64,000 nt of DNA, taken from positions 35,449 through 99,448 of the forward strand of contig JAHIRY010000038.1 in assembly GCA_018818405.1 (NCBI GenBank). The letters are read 5' to 3'. The notes below the pieces were generated by a model, which had not been told where the DNA came from, searched no databases, and was given only the letters and a program-made list of their open reading frames with translations. The DNA comes from Patescibacteria group bacterium. GTDB taxonomy: Bacteria; Patescibacteriota; Patescibacteriia; UBA11705; JABHMO01. Positions 24,832 through 35,295 of the stretch are shown here, one piece after another. How positions within the stretch are numbered: position 1 is the stretch's first letter; each line of letters begins with the position of its first letter. The position numbers and the translations under genes were made by a program.

Positions 24832-27800
24832 CTACGGTAATACTATAATTTTTCCATCGAAAGAAGTCCCCGGCTCTCCGTGCTCATCCAGTGGATCACA
24901 CAATGGAAAATCACCTTCATTATAACACCCATCCGCACCCCCGCACGTCCCATTACACCACCCCCAATTATCCGTCACAATCACCCGCGGAATATACTGG
25001 CAGGCGGGATTGCCTTGGTATGTTGTTCTGCAGTAATTCGGGTCTGCGCCGGCAGTGCCGCAATCCTTCAAAACAGGATCAGACAAATTACAAGTATAAG
25101 TATTATTGTAAGAGAAATACGATTCCATGCATGCATCAGTCGTGTCGCCGAAACGATCATCCTTTTGATCGGAACATTTCCCGGTGAAGAAACATCTGCT
25201 CGGATCGCTTCCCTCTTCACATCGCGGATCGTCAGCATCATAGCACGCGGAATCATCAGAGCAAGCCAGACCGGAAACTCCGTTGCATATTCCCAACGGT
25301 TCATTGGCCGGTCTCTGACATCGAGGCTTATGATTTTGGTACTTTCCATCAACGCCCACTCCCTGAACTCTCTCACCCCAATCGATCGTCACATTTCTTA
25401 TCGGCATCTGATCATCATTCGCCCAAGCATAGAAATTCATTGTCACTGCCAACTGACCATCCAGACTTACAATATCGCCGCTCGTCTGTCCGCGAATGGT
25501 CATCGTATTGGGAATAGCGCCATACAAAACATTTCCTTTCGCGTCAGACCTGCCACTGGGTATTGCGGCCGCAATCATCGGAACACCGACTTTTTGCTCA
25601 TTACTGATATCCCAAATTTTATTAGGATTATTCAAGTAGCCTATTCCATCGGCATTGCTCGGAATGTTAATAATATTTGAGCAGGATGCGCTCGGATCGC
25701 TTTTCATTTCCGGAGGATTTGTCGCGACCACTTCTTTTAGAATAACCGTGCCGACATACCCAAATGGAGTATGCTCATATTTTTCTATTGGGCAACTATT
25801 ATTCTCCAATGTCCTGCCGACATAACATTCCGCAGATATTTCCTGCTGTGCAAAGTTATAACTGTCTATGAAAAGCCAATGTTCTGCCAAAATGCTCCGA
25901 TCAGCTTTCTGCCATATGCAATTCGCCTCATTGCGTTCAATATTTGGCAAATTGGCAGTGCAATAAACACGATTTCCAGCATTGCCGACTACCGGAGCGG
26001 TATTCACACATTCGGTATCCCAGAAGCAAGGATTGCCGGAATTCGCTCCCGATTGATTATTGCAATGGCGAAGAGTAAGAATATTGCATTCCAACGGATA
26101 TTGAGCGGTTGTACAAACATTTGAATCACTGGTGCAAGACAATCCGTTTATTTCAGGATGAATGCTGGTGCAGGTTTTTTCTTCAATATTTTGAATTTTC
26201 ATTTCGTAATAAGTCTTTGCCGCAGCAAAATACTTTTTCAAAGCATCAATACTTTGATAAACAATTCCGCCCTCAGGATAGTTCTCTTCCTGATTGCACC
26301 CAGCACCCAAAAATAAATTGTAAATAGTCTCGCCAATACCGCCCGTCAATGCCAAGGCTCCAAGCGGATTGCACTTTGGCTGATCAGGAATTTGAACGGA
26401 TTTATAAATTTCATTAGTAAATGCTTTGTTTTTTCCATTCTCATCGGATACTCCGACAGCAGTATCACAGCTTTGCTTTGATATTTCGCCGATCGCCGCA
26501 TTCGTATTGCCGGCTGCATCCTTGTACCAGCCAGCCGATTGATCAGCGGGCATATTTATCGGTTTACATTGATATGTCATTTTAAACCAATCTTCATCCT
26601 CTAGGCTACACTCATCTGTAGCGCCATCATGGTCGAATATACCGCCATCATGTTCGAATGAATTCGCTCCGCCGATATTATAATTCTTATCACAACTGGG
26701 ACGTTCAAACTTCTCGCCACCGCAATCTCTGGTCCAACAAGATGCTGTATTTCCAATGCCTCCAAACGGATCAGTATTCGCATTAATTGTTCCGGCTGAA
26801 ACATTGGAGCTTCCCACCAAGCGATCCCATAATTTGTCCGCTGTCCACCGAGTATAAACATTTGGATTGCCGCTCACGCAAGCGGAACCGTTTCCATCGC
26901 ATTCTATTCCGGCAGTACTGGAAGCTAGGCCGGCCGGCAAACAATTTTCACGAACTTCTTTTGTTTCTCCATTACACGCATCCAGAGCCCCTCCATCGCA
27001 ATCCCTATACCCTTCTTCCGTTTGATTATAATTCTGTCTCTTTTCCCAATTACTGCTTTTCAGACAATAGTAAGGACTGCCATCGCTAAATCCATAATCT
27101 TGCGGCCAGAAGCCGGCGGAATCATATTGATTCTGCAAATCCTGCAATCCGGCCAACGCTTCCGTCGGATACCAAGTAATGCAAGGATGTTCTTCTTGTT
27201 TGTTATTTTTCGGCAGACTGATGTCCTCTTGCAGACAATATCCTTCCCAGCCATGATAATCTATGGCAGTGCCTTTCTTTTTCATGCATAACCCCGGTTC
27301 ATTTCCTTTTGAGATAGGTTTTGAAGAATTGAGAGAACACTGGATAGAAGAACACATTGTTTTATTATTTATCTTTACCATGGGAGAACTATCAATTTGC
27401 GGATAATCAAAATCATCGCACTGACATTGAATATCAGGTGAATCCTGACAAAAGCCTTGTTCCGGATCTGCTGGCGAATATAATTCTGTTTTCGGCACAT
27501 ATTTTGTGATCGCCCCACCACCATATTGAACCTCTCGATAATAACAACCGTAGTCTTCATTTTTATTAATTTCCGCAAAATCCACATCCAGCCAAGAAAT
27601 ATTCGCGTTTACGTATAAATCAGTGCCTGCAATACCGGCTGGAAACGGCGAATCATCCTTCGGATAAGCACGGCATTCCGGAGCTGCAGCTTCTTGAAAT
27701 GTTCTTTCTGATTCCGAGGTCTGCACACAAATTCCACTCAAACATCGACAATTTTCTCCGCTTGGATTTGCAACAGTACAAGCATCCGTGCAATCACTAT

Positions 27801-30800
27801 CCTGTTCACAAGAGGTATCGGTTAATTGATTTACCAATCTAAAATCTTTTTCTTTATAAACTTGCCCGCGAACTTCTTCACAACTAACGACTGCCTCAAT
27901 CCTGCAAATATTGCCTAAGGAAATGCAGTTTCGTCCTCCGCTACAATCATCGGCTGCTTCGCAACGGCCATATTCTCTTTCTCCACCGCAATAACTTCCG
28001 CAATCAGCATCCGTGGAACACAACCCTTCGTTCGGATTACCAAAACAATATTGTTGACCGCAATCATTGTCATTCACACAAAGATTGCCTGAAGTTACTC
28101 CTCCGCATCTCTTGTCCGGTTCAACCCCGCGTCCCTGCCTCAAATCAAAAGAATTATAAAAATTTACCGGCGCCATATCCGGAATCGCCATTCCGGTATA
28201 ATCGAGCGAAGACCAGCTGACATTTCTATTCTGATAACCGTCAGTTTCATCCGTTCCCTTCAAAGGTTTGTTCAATGACAATAAATTATTATTATCTTCA
28301 CCGACAATGAAATGCGCGCACTTCAATGTATCTTCCGCCGGACTGAGCTTGTCGCAAACTCCGACATCATCGCAAACCTCAATATATTTATTTTTATTCG
28401 AATCCCACGCCCAGTGACTGGACTTGCAATCGTACCAAGCCGCGCATTCGCGATCGCGGACGACTTTTACTATGGAATTCGCATCATTTTTTGAAGCAAT
28501 CAATTCAAATGTACAGGCAATCTGTCTATCAGTACATGTATTAATCTGCTCGGCGCGCGCTTCTCCTGCGCAAGTCAAATAATCTTTTTCAGCATTCACA
28601 CAAGATTCGACTTTTTTACAATAATCATCTTCAGTACAATCACCCACCCGCCCCAGAGCATAACTATCAAACGTCGAAGCATTCTTTGGCGGAACAGCAC
28701 TTTGTTTATCATTTCCTTCAAAATATGTTAAATATCCCTGCCATTTCAAATCAGGTTCGCCATTGGCATTTAACATAGAGGTATCATTCATCAAAATACA
28801 ACCTTCTTTACGACTGACATCTGAACAGGAAGTCTTGTCTATGTCTTCATTATTAACATAATAATAAGCTTTTCCTTTGTCTGACAAAGTTTTATCAGTG
28901 GGATCCACGAACGCGGTGCACAAATCCGCGCTTGACTTGCAGATACCGGCCCAGCCTGAGAAATCTTCATCATTTATTCGAATAATCTGCGAATTTCCAT
29001 CTTCATAATAATTCTTTGTCTCGCATAGTACATCCGGATCATTATCATTCAGTTTCTTTTTGAACCATCCAAATATACTCTCAGAACCTTGCTGAGCTTT
29101 TCTGTATTCGCAAGTTTTATCACCCGGATCCTTAAAATAATAAGTTTCACCTTTTACTCCCTTGAATTCCTCACATCTCAAATCACTATTAGCGCACAGA
29201 GGACTGTTCTCACTATCAAAAGTATCAGGATCCAGTTTGTAAAATACATTGTTCCATTTGTCCTGGGATGGAATATAATTCCCCTCAGCATCCACCATCA
29301 AAGTCGGCAATCCCAGAGCCGTACAACCCTTTTCCGTGTTTTTACATTGTTTATCTTTTGTGTTAACGAGATAAATCAATGAATCTTTTTCTATTTCTTG
29401 AAGGTAGCAGACACCATCGTTCCAATTTCCATCCAAATAACCACACATGTTTTCATAAGTCTGTGAAAGAGCGGGAGGTTCACCGCCAACCTTTGCACGA
29501 ACTTGGAATGTACATGCTTGCAAATTTTCATTCACAACGGCTGCAGTTCCCGGTATCTGGAAAAAATTATTCGTTGGAACTGCCTCCCATTTACTCATAT
29601 AAGAGGAACACAATTCAACATTCAACGGAATTTTCTTGTATCCTTGTTCAAATGGAGACGAACTGTTCTTCGTATCAATCATCGTCTCGCAACCGACCTT
29701 GTCAGCCGAACAGATATTGGTAAAGTTTTTCAGATAATGAGTATTCTTGCCGCTGTCGCGATATTCGCGGCAACCCAGCTGAGCTTGCGGAATTTGTCTG
29801 TCAGCTTCATTTGCCGGAGTATGGGTCAGCTCATTGTCGCAGATCGCCGGAGTACTCCATGAATTTTTGATTAAATATTTGAGATCATTTACTTTTGTGA
29901 TTTTGAAATTGTCGATGTAAAAAGTTCTTTCGCACTGGGACGCGCGTATGCCTATAACACCGGAGGCATAAGTCTCATCCACACTCAAATTAAAAGTATG
30001 AAACTGCCAATCAGCATTAACCGTGCCGTCACCCAATAAAAATTTTCGATCTCCGGTGTTTATATTTTCAACCGGCCTCACATCAACATTGAAATTCGTG
30101 GGATCGCCTTTGATCCAAAAAGAAACAACATAATCACCGACTGCTGATAAAAGCGCATTTTTTGTATATATTCTTGGTGATTCAACACAACTCAATCCCT
30201 CAATCCCGTTAACAGACTCTATTTCAGTCTTCTCTTCCACCATTAAATACTGCCCATCCGCTTGTGTCGTAAGCGACATTGGACTTCCTTGCAAACTAGT
30301 TACCTCTCCGGTCGCAAAATTATTCTCATAAACAATTTCCTCATCACCGCTGAAATTGCCTTTGTATTCTCTGCAGCCGGCGGCAGGCGCTGAACATTTC
30401 TTGCCTTCGCCCGGAATTGCCATGAAAACGCATTCGCCAGTGTTCCACTGCCCCTGCCTCAGTTCGCATTGAGCCTGATCCGCGTATTGCAATGTTCGGC
30501 GATAAGGATGACAATTTTCCGAACAAGTCAGAGTCTTTGAATACAAACGATAAGAAACTCTGCCGGCATCATCGTAAAATTCACGGCAGTCGGGATTTGA
30601 TTTTACAGCGAATATTTCCGCGTTGCACCGGGTTAGATTTTCTTCCTCTGCAATCGTCATTGCCGGAGCATTTCCTCCGAGTTCTTTTTTCAATACATAA
30701 TTCTGCAATTGATAACCGGAAACTCCGCCTCCGACCCAAGTATAATAATTGGCGCACTGAGCCTCGCCCTCGGGAAGTTTCTGGCATTGCCTCAATTCGG

Positions 30801-33753
30801 AATAATATTCTTTTGATTCTCCGCCTCGCGACAATTCATCCAGATTGGTAAATTCATCGCATCCGGCGCTGGCCGCGCTGCAAGTTTTTGCAGTATTCGG
30901 CATGAAATAAAGCGGAAACTCTCCATTTTCAAAATAAGTTTTCGACTGGTTGAATGTCGCATAGCCAGCGCATTGCTGAGGACAATAATCCGCGAATCCG
31001 GCAACGCCGTTGATAGCGCGTCCGCGATCAGTCGGCGTGAAATTCTGACAGCCGACATCTTCGGCAGAACAAAGTCCGGCAAAATCAGAACAGCCTTTGT
31101 TTTTCTCGGTTTTTACCGCATCATCGGAAACATCAATATCAGCCTCAGTCTTCGGCCTGCCATAATCCGCCTCTTCAATTGTATTGTAGCAACCCAAATA
31201 TTCAGGCGCTTTTTTCACATAAACAACATTCTGGCTGGCATATTCATTGAATTCATGCATTTCGGAAATTGCCGGCAGAGAAAGTTCCTCAACCATTACA
31301 TTGTCCACGATCGCGTCTCCGCCGGCCACAGCCAATTGAAATTGCAACTTGTCAAGTACGATTGGATTCGCTCCGGTCGATACTTTCACTTGCCAAATTT
31401 TATAAATTTTTTCCCAGCTGTCCGTTGCTGTCGCCGCTGTAATATCTTTATTGGCAACAGCTGACATGGCCAATCCATCTGCATCGGGAGCAACCAATTC
31501 GATCACTGCCGACGCATTGGCCTGTTTCTTTTTCACAAACCCGGAAACCGCAAAATATCGGGCTGTTTTCTTTGGCGCGATTTCAATATTCGGAATAATT
31601 AAATTTTCCAAAGCGGCTAATTTAACGGCCGCTCCTCCTTCATAAGACTCGGAAACCACATTTTTCCCGCCCGCCCAGCCGGTGACAATGTTCGTTGATT
31701 GCAATTCATCAATTCTCCCTGAAAAAATTTCAAAATCTCCGTTTACCACCAGATTCGTTCCCAATCCGCTCGCTGTTTTCACAAATCTCGTGCAACCCTC
31801 TTGATTCGGATTGCATTGCGCGTTTTCGATATTTTTATTCAATAAAATTTTTGAAGCATCCGCGTCCACCCAATTCCAAGAATTATCCGCCAATATTTTC
31901 TCAGTGCTGTACCACTTGCAACCCGCGTTCGTCGCGTCGCAAACCGATCGATCGACAGTGTTCATCACCAAATTAACGGATTTTCCCTTCCTCATCTGCA
32001 AAGAACGGCAACTGTCATAAACGCCCGAACATTCATCTCCGCCCAATCGGAAAACATTTTTCTCAGCCGCGCAATATCCCCAGGAAAGACACTTGCCCTT
32101 TGCATCAGTGCGCACACAGCTCGGCATATCAACGCAGACTTCAGCTCGAGTGTTCGAACCCGCGTCAATCAACAATGGTCCGTTAACCAACGCATTGCAT
32201 TGCGTTGCCGGATATTTCAAAATCCAATTCGGATCAATCAACTGCCTGAATTTATAACCCGCGTCATTTGGATTAGTTTGATTGAATTGACTGATTACAT
32301 AATTCAATGAGACAACTTCTTCCGAACCAACCTGACTGGCGGCAAGCTCCCAGCCGATTGGAATTATTCTCGCTGTTCTCAGTTTCACCAAATTGGAATA
32401 ACAAAAACCGTATTGATAGCAATCGGCATTGGAATTTCTCGCATCATACTTTCCGATCAAACGGCGCTTGCCGTCAATCAGTCCCTGATCAATGGCCTCC
32501 TGCACTGACAGCGGCTTGTCCTGAGTTGAACGGCGAACAGCATCGGCAAACGCATTATCCATGACGCAATTGTTTATCTGCCTTGTCCGGGGACAAGAGG
32601 TATATTCAGTCAATAAATCAATTTGCTTGGTGGAATAAGTGAAATTAACCTGCTTTATTTTTATTACGTCTTTTTCCACCTGCTTTTTCGTATCAAACAT
32701 ATTGTCAGCCGGCTGATAACTCTCCGAAGTTTGCACCAATCCCTTTTCAAAAAACTTCTTGCTCATGAAGTCAACAAATCCTTTTGAAATAAAAGTATTA
32801 ACAAAAGCGCCGATTACCGATTCCGGTATATCGGAAATCACATAACTGGCCGGTTCCATTTCAGTATTCTTCGCCTCGGTAATTGCTTGCAGTTCGTTTG
32901 TCATGTGTCCGCGCAAAAGGAAAGAAGGCGTTTTTATAATATCGCCACTCAGACTGGTTATCGCCTTTGCTCCTAAATTTTCCGTTCTTTGCTTTTCTTC
33001 CGCCATGCTTGTAATGCGCTGTTGTCTCTGCAATTCATCTTCCATTGTCAGATACATCCCGATGTCAGAACTTTTGCGATCAAACTTCACTTCAATGATT
33101 CTCTGCAATGCGATAAGAGTACCGGCGGCCGGATTATCAGAAATATTATCAGCTGTTCGTTTAACATCCTCGACAAATGATTCCCAATTATCTAACAAAT
33201 TACTTAAAGAACAATCCGGTTTTACCCTTGTTTTATCTTTTAGATATTGATTATCCAAACCAATAACGATTTTCAATTTTACATCAGCTCCGGGATCGCA
33301 AATATCAAATCCCAAATCATCCCAAAATACATCTCTGACATAGGTAATGAATGTCGCTGCCGTGTAATCCATTATATCCTGCTTGAATTTTTCCCACGAC
33401 TGAGTGTAAAACATCGGTCCCTCGCCCTTGTCGCCGGTAGTGACAAAATTATAATATTGAGACGCCGCTGTTTGCGCCAGAAAAACCATAGTATTGCGCA
33501 AAGTAATGGCTGCGGATAAAATCAATGCTTTCTGCAAACGATTTTCCACATTTTTTTGAGTTTTATCAACCGTTTTCTCAATGTTGCGCTTGACTTCAAA
33601 ACCCATATCCTGCGCATTTTTAGCGGGATCAATGACCGGCAATTCAGCGCGAGCCTCTCGCGGGAACAACATGCCGGCAGCAATGAAATTTGAAAACGCA
33701 AAACAAAACACCAAAATCGCGATTGATATTTTTTTGTTTTTATTTAAAGTCAT
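24832..33753 (-). CDS. giant (2973 aa) Cys-rich secreted/surface protein with CBM4/9-like beta-sandwich segments
   Basis: uninterrupted 8.9-kb ORF; N-terminal signal/TM; many Cys; NGDFE...GW CBM-like blocks. Confidence 0.85.
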   Translation of the reverse strand: MTLNKNKKISIAILVFCFAFSNFIAAGMLFPREARAELPVIDPAKNAQDMGFEVKRNIEKTVDKTQKNVENRLQKALILSAAITLRNTMVFLAQTAASQYYNFVTTGDKGEGPMFYTQSWEKFKQDIMDYTAATFITYVRDVFWDDLGFDICDPGADVKLKIVIGLDNQYLKDKTRVKPDCSLSNLLDNWESFVEDVKRTADNISDNPAAGTLIALQRIIEVKFDRKSSDIGMYLTMEDELQRQQRITSMAEEKQRTENLGAKAITSLSGDIIKTPSFLLRGHMTNELQAITEAKNTEMEPASYVISDIPESVIGAFVNTFISKGFVDFMSKKFFEKGLVQTSESYQPADNMFDTKKQVEKDVIKIKQVNFTYSTKQIDLLTEYTSCPRTRQINNCVMDNAFADAVRRSTQDKPLSVQEAIDQGLIDGKRRLIGKYDARNSNADCYQYGFCYSNLVKLRTARIIPIGWELAASQVGSEEVVSLNYVISQFNQTNPNDAGYKFRQLIDPNWILKYPATQCNALVNGPLLIDAGSNTRAEVCVDMPSCVRTDAKGKCLSWGYCAAEKNVFRLGGDECSGVYDSCRSLQMRKGKSVNLVMNTVDRSVCDATNAGCKWYSTEKILADNSWNWVDADASKILLNKNIENAQCNPNQEGCTRFVKTASGLGTNLVVNGDFEIFSGRIDELQSTNIVTGWAGGKNVVSESYEGGAAVKLAALENLIIPNIEIAPKKTARYFAVSGFVKKKQANASAVIELVAPDADGLAMSAVANKDITAATATDSWEKIYKIWQVKVSTGANPIVLDKLQFQLAVAGGDAIVDNVMVEELSLPAISEMHEFNEYASQNVVYVKKAPEYLGCYNTIEEADYGRPKTEADIDVSDDAVKTEKNKGCSDFAGLCSAEDVGCQNFTPTDRGRAINGVAGFADYCPQQCAGYATFNQSKTYFENGEFPLYFMPNTAKTCSAASAGCDEFTNLDELSRGGESKEYYSELRQCQKLPEGEAQCANYYTWVGGGVSGYQLQNYVLKKELGGNAPAMTIAEEENLTRCNAEIFAVKSNPDCREFYDDAGRVSYRLYSKTLTCSENCHPYRRTLQYADQAQCELRQGQWNTGECVFMAIPGEGKKCSAPAAGCREYKGNFSGDEEIVYENNFATGEVTSLQGSPMSLTTQADGQYLMVEEKTEIESVNGIEGLSCVESPRIYTKNALLSAVGDYVVSFWIKGDPTNFNVDVRPVENINTGDRKFLLGDGTVNADWQFHTFNLSVDETYASGVIGIRASQCERTFYIDNFKITKVNDLKYLIKNSWSTPAICDNELTHTPANEADRQIPQAQLGCREYRDSGKNTHYLKNFTNICSADKVGCETMIDTKNSSSPFEQGYKKIPLNVELCSSYMSKWEAVPTNNFFQIPGTAAVVNENLQACTFQVRAKVGGEPPALSQTYENMCGYLDGNWNDGVCYLQEIEKDSLIYLVNTKDKQCKNTEKGCTALGLPTLMVDAEGNYIPSQDKWNNVFYKLDPDTFDSENSPLCANSDLRCEEFKGVKGETYYFKDPGDKTCEYRKAQQGSESIFGWFKKKLNDNDPDVLCETKNYYEDGNSQIIRINDEDFSGWAGICKSSADLCTAFVDPTDKTLSDKGKAYYYVNNEDIDKTSCSDVSRKEGCILMNDTSMLNANGEPDLKWQGYLTYFEGNDKQSAVPPKNASTFDSYALGRVGDCTEDDYCKKVESCVNAEKDYLTCAGEARAEQINTCTDRQIACTFELIASKNDANSIVKVVRDRECAAWYDCKSSHWAWDSNKNKYIEVCDDVGVCDKLSPAEDTLKCAHFIVGEDNNNLLSLNKPLKGTDETDGYQNRNVSWSSLDYTGMAIPDMAPVNFYNSFDLRQGRGVEPDKRCGGVTSGNLCVNDNDCGQQYCFGNPNEGLCSTDADCGSYCGGEREYGRCEAADDCSGGRNCISLGNICRIEAVVSCEEVRGQVYKEKDFRLVNQLTDTSCEQDSDCTDACTVANPSGENCRCLSGICVQTSESERTFQEAAAPECRAYPKDDSPFPAGIAGTDLYVNANISWLDVDFAEINKNEDYGCYYREVQYGGGAITKYVPKTELYSPADPEQGFCQDSPDIQCQCDDFDYPQIDSSPMVKINNKTMCSSIQCSLNSSKPISKGNEPGLCMKKKGTAIDYHGWEGYCLQEDISLPKNNKQEEHPCITWYPTEALAGLQDLQNQYDSAGFWPQDYGFSDGSPYYCLKSSNWEKRQNYNQTEEGYRDCDGGALDACNGETKEVRENCLPAGLASSTAGIECDGNGSACVSGNPNVYTRWTADKLWDRLVGSSNVSAGTINANTDPFGGIGNTASCWTRDCGGEKFERPSCDKNYNIGGANSFEHDGGIFDHDGATDECSLEDEDWFKMTYQCKPINMPADQSAGWYKDAAGNTNAAIGEISKQSCDTAVGVSDENGKNKAFTNEIYKSVQIPDQPKCNPLGALALTGGIGETIYNLFLGAGCNQEENYPEGGIVYQSIDALKKYFAAAKTYYEMKIQNIEEKTCTSIHPEINGLSCTSDSNVCTTAQYPLECNILTLRHCNNQSGANSGNPCFWDTECVNTAPVVGNAGNRVYCTANLPNIERNEANCIWQKADRSILAEHWLFIDSYNFAQQEISAECYVGRTLENNSCPIEKYEHTPFGYVGTVILKEVVATNPPEMKSDPSASCSNIINIPSNADGIGYLNNPNKIWDISNEQKVGVPMIAAAIPSGRSDAKGNVLYGAIPNTMTIRGQTSGDIVSLDGQLAVTMNFYAWANDDQMPIRNVTIDWGERVQGVGVDGKYQNHKPRCQRPANEPLGICNGVSGLACSDDSACYDADDPRCEEGSDPSRCFFTGKCSDQKDDRFGDTTDACMESYFSYNNTYTCNLSDPVLKDCGTAGADPNYCRTTYQGNPACQYIPRVIVTDNWGWCNGTCGGADGCYNEGDFPLCDPLDEHGEPGTSFDGKIIVLP

Positions 33754-33781
33754 TTGATTTTATATTTATGATTTTATTAAT

Positions 33782-33860
33782 GTCGCACTTCGACAAGCTC
33801 AGTGTGACAGGGGGGGGGAAGCGCCCCCTCTCACTTGTCAGGCTGAGCCTGCCGAAGCCC
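33782..33860. repeat. repeat family R5 (inverted unit, G9/C5 hairpin, partial direct unit), downstream of the GIY-YIG gene
   Basis: GTCGCACTTCGACAAGCTCAGTGTGAC, AGGGGGGGGGAAGCGCCCCCT, CTGAGCCTGCCGAAG. Confidence 0.75.
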
Positions 33861-34143
33861 CGTTCGACAACTCCTTCAATCTTTCAATATTCCCCTCAAT
33901 TAATGCAACTTTCTTTCTGCGGCTCCAACCTTTTATTTGTTTTTCTCTGGCGATCGCGTCATTCACATAATAATGTTCTTCCGCATATACCAATCGAACC
34001 GGCCGCCGCGAATATGTATAACTTTTTTCGCTTATTCCCAAATTATGTTCATCCAGCCTTCGTTCAATATTATTTGTTATTCCCGTATACAAACTCCGAT
34101 CGCTGCATTCAACTATATAAACCGTGTATATCTTTCTAAACAT
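33838..34143 (-). CDS. small GIY-YIG nuclease, second paralog (ORF to 34167; likely start is MFRKIY at 34143)
   Basis: YTVYIVECSDRSLYTGITNNIERRLDEH GIY-YIG core; C-terminus is read through the R5 repeat. Confidence 0.8.
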   Translation of the reverse strand: MFRKIYTVYIVECSDRSLYTGITNNIERRLDEHNLGISEKSYTYSRRPVRLVYAEEHYYVNDAIAREKQIKGWSRRKKVALIEGNIERLKELSNGASAGSA

Positions 34144-34160
34144 TTGCAATAAACTTTTAT

Positions 34161-34311
34161 GTCGCACTTCGGCAGGCTCAGTGTGACATGAATTTAACTG
34201 TCACACTGAGGCTAAAAGCCTGTCCCGAGTCGCATCGAGCGGAAGCGTGCTATCATCGTCATCGCAATAACTGTCACACTGAGCCTGCCGAAGTGCCGCT
34301 TCGCTTAACAC
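34161..34311. repeat. repeat family R5: one inverted and two direct units (GTCACACTGAGCCTGCCGAAGTGC...TTCGCTTAACAC)
   Basis: 34161-34187 (inverted), 34200-34222, 34273-34311; 11-bp stem between the first two. Confidence 0.8.
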
Positions 34312-35162
34312 TAATCCCCCTGCTTCGCCTGTTCCAACGCGTCCAAATACATCTGCTTCAAAGTCGCATCATCGAATTCCTGCAACATTGATTCCTCTAC
34401 GCCCTGATCCAACAACAACTGTTTTATTTCCGCTACCGACAAATTTTCCGGAGCCGTTGTCGGCGATCCGTTCATTGAATCCTGCAAATCCGGATTATCT
34501 TTCAATGTTTGTTTGTATGCTTCGAGAATTGTCGCGTCATCGATCGCGTCAACTTGTTCTCTGGTAAAATTTCCCGAGCTGACCAAAATCTCGCGCAATT
34601 GCGCCGGCGAAATATTGTCAACATTCACTTCAGCGGTTGAACTTTGTTCCGCTGCCGCTTCACCGGTTGAACTGCGGAAACATTCCTGTCCGAGCGGACA
34701 ATTCGGATCTTCTCCTTTTGAAATTTCATCAAAATCGGAAATTCCATCACTGTCGCTGTCAGCCAAATACGGACTTGTTTCATAGACATACATTTCATCA
34801 AAATCATTTATCTGATCGCTGTCAGTGTCTTTGCCTTTTAAAACCGCCGGATCTTCATCGGCCGGATCAGTTGTTTGTTGTGAATTTGCTTGCGTATCCG
34901 TTGTTTTTCCGCCGATCAATGGAAATGGAATTGAAAGCGCTCTGGTAATTTGAATAAATCCCAGCGCAATTATGCTCAATCCGATAAACCCAATAAAAAT
35001 CAAAGCAACTTTTTGATTGCGTTTCAACGCTTCAGGCAAAATAAAATTTTCTTTATTCCCATCAAGTTTTTCTCCGAGAGAATTGCCTTCCGCGATAATC
35101 TCATTGCCGTTTTCATTATTTAAATCATTCAGCTCATCTTTCTCCGGCTGATTTTCATACAT
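34311..35162 (-). CDS. single-pass membrane protein with thrombospondin-type-3-like Ca-binding repeats
   Basis: TM helix ALIFIGFIGLSIIALGF; DSDSDGISDFDE, DTDSDQINDFDE motifs. Confidence 0.65.
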   Translation of the reverse strand: MYENQPEKDELNDLNNENGNEIIAEGNSLGEKLDGNKENFILPEALKRNQKVALIFIGFIGLSIIALGFIQITRALSIPFPLIGGKTTDTQANSQQTTDPADEDPAVLKGKDTDSDQINDFDEMYVYETSPYLADSDSDGISDFDEISKGEDPNCPLGQECFRSSTGEAAAEQSSTAEVNVDNISPAQLREILVSSGNFTREQVDAIDDATILEAYKQTLKDNPDLQDSMNGSPTTAPENLSVAEIKQLLLDQGVEESMLQEFDDATLKQMYLDALEQAKQGD

Positions 35163-35295
35163 AGTCTATTGGTAATTTTTCTATGTTAATTATACCACAA
35201 GAAAGCTCTTTCCCCAAAGGGAAAGTGGATAAAATATTTAAACTCGAAAAATTAAAAAATCTTATTTTTACAAACAAAATTTTTGAATGGCAAAT

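Noticed and set aside
35207-35226. CTTTCCC-CAAA-GGGAAAG hairpin downstream of rsmA as a terminator
   Set aside because: No U-run follows on either strand, so it was left unannotated.
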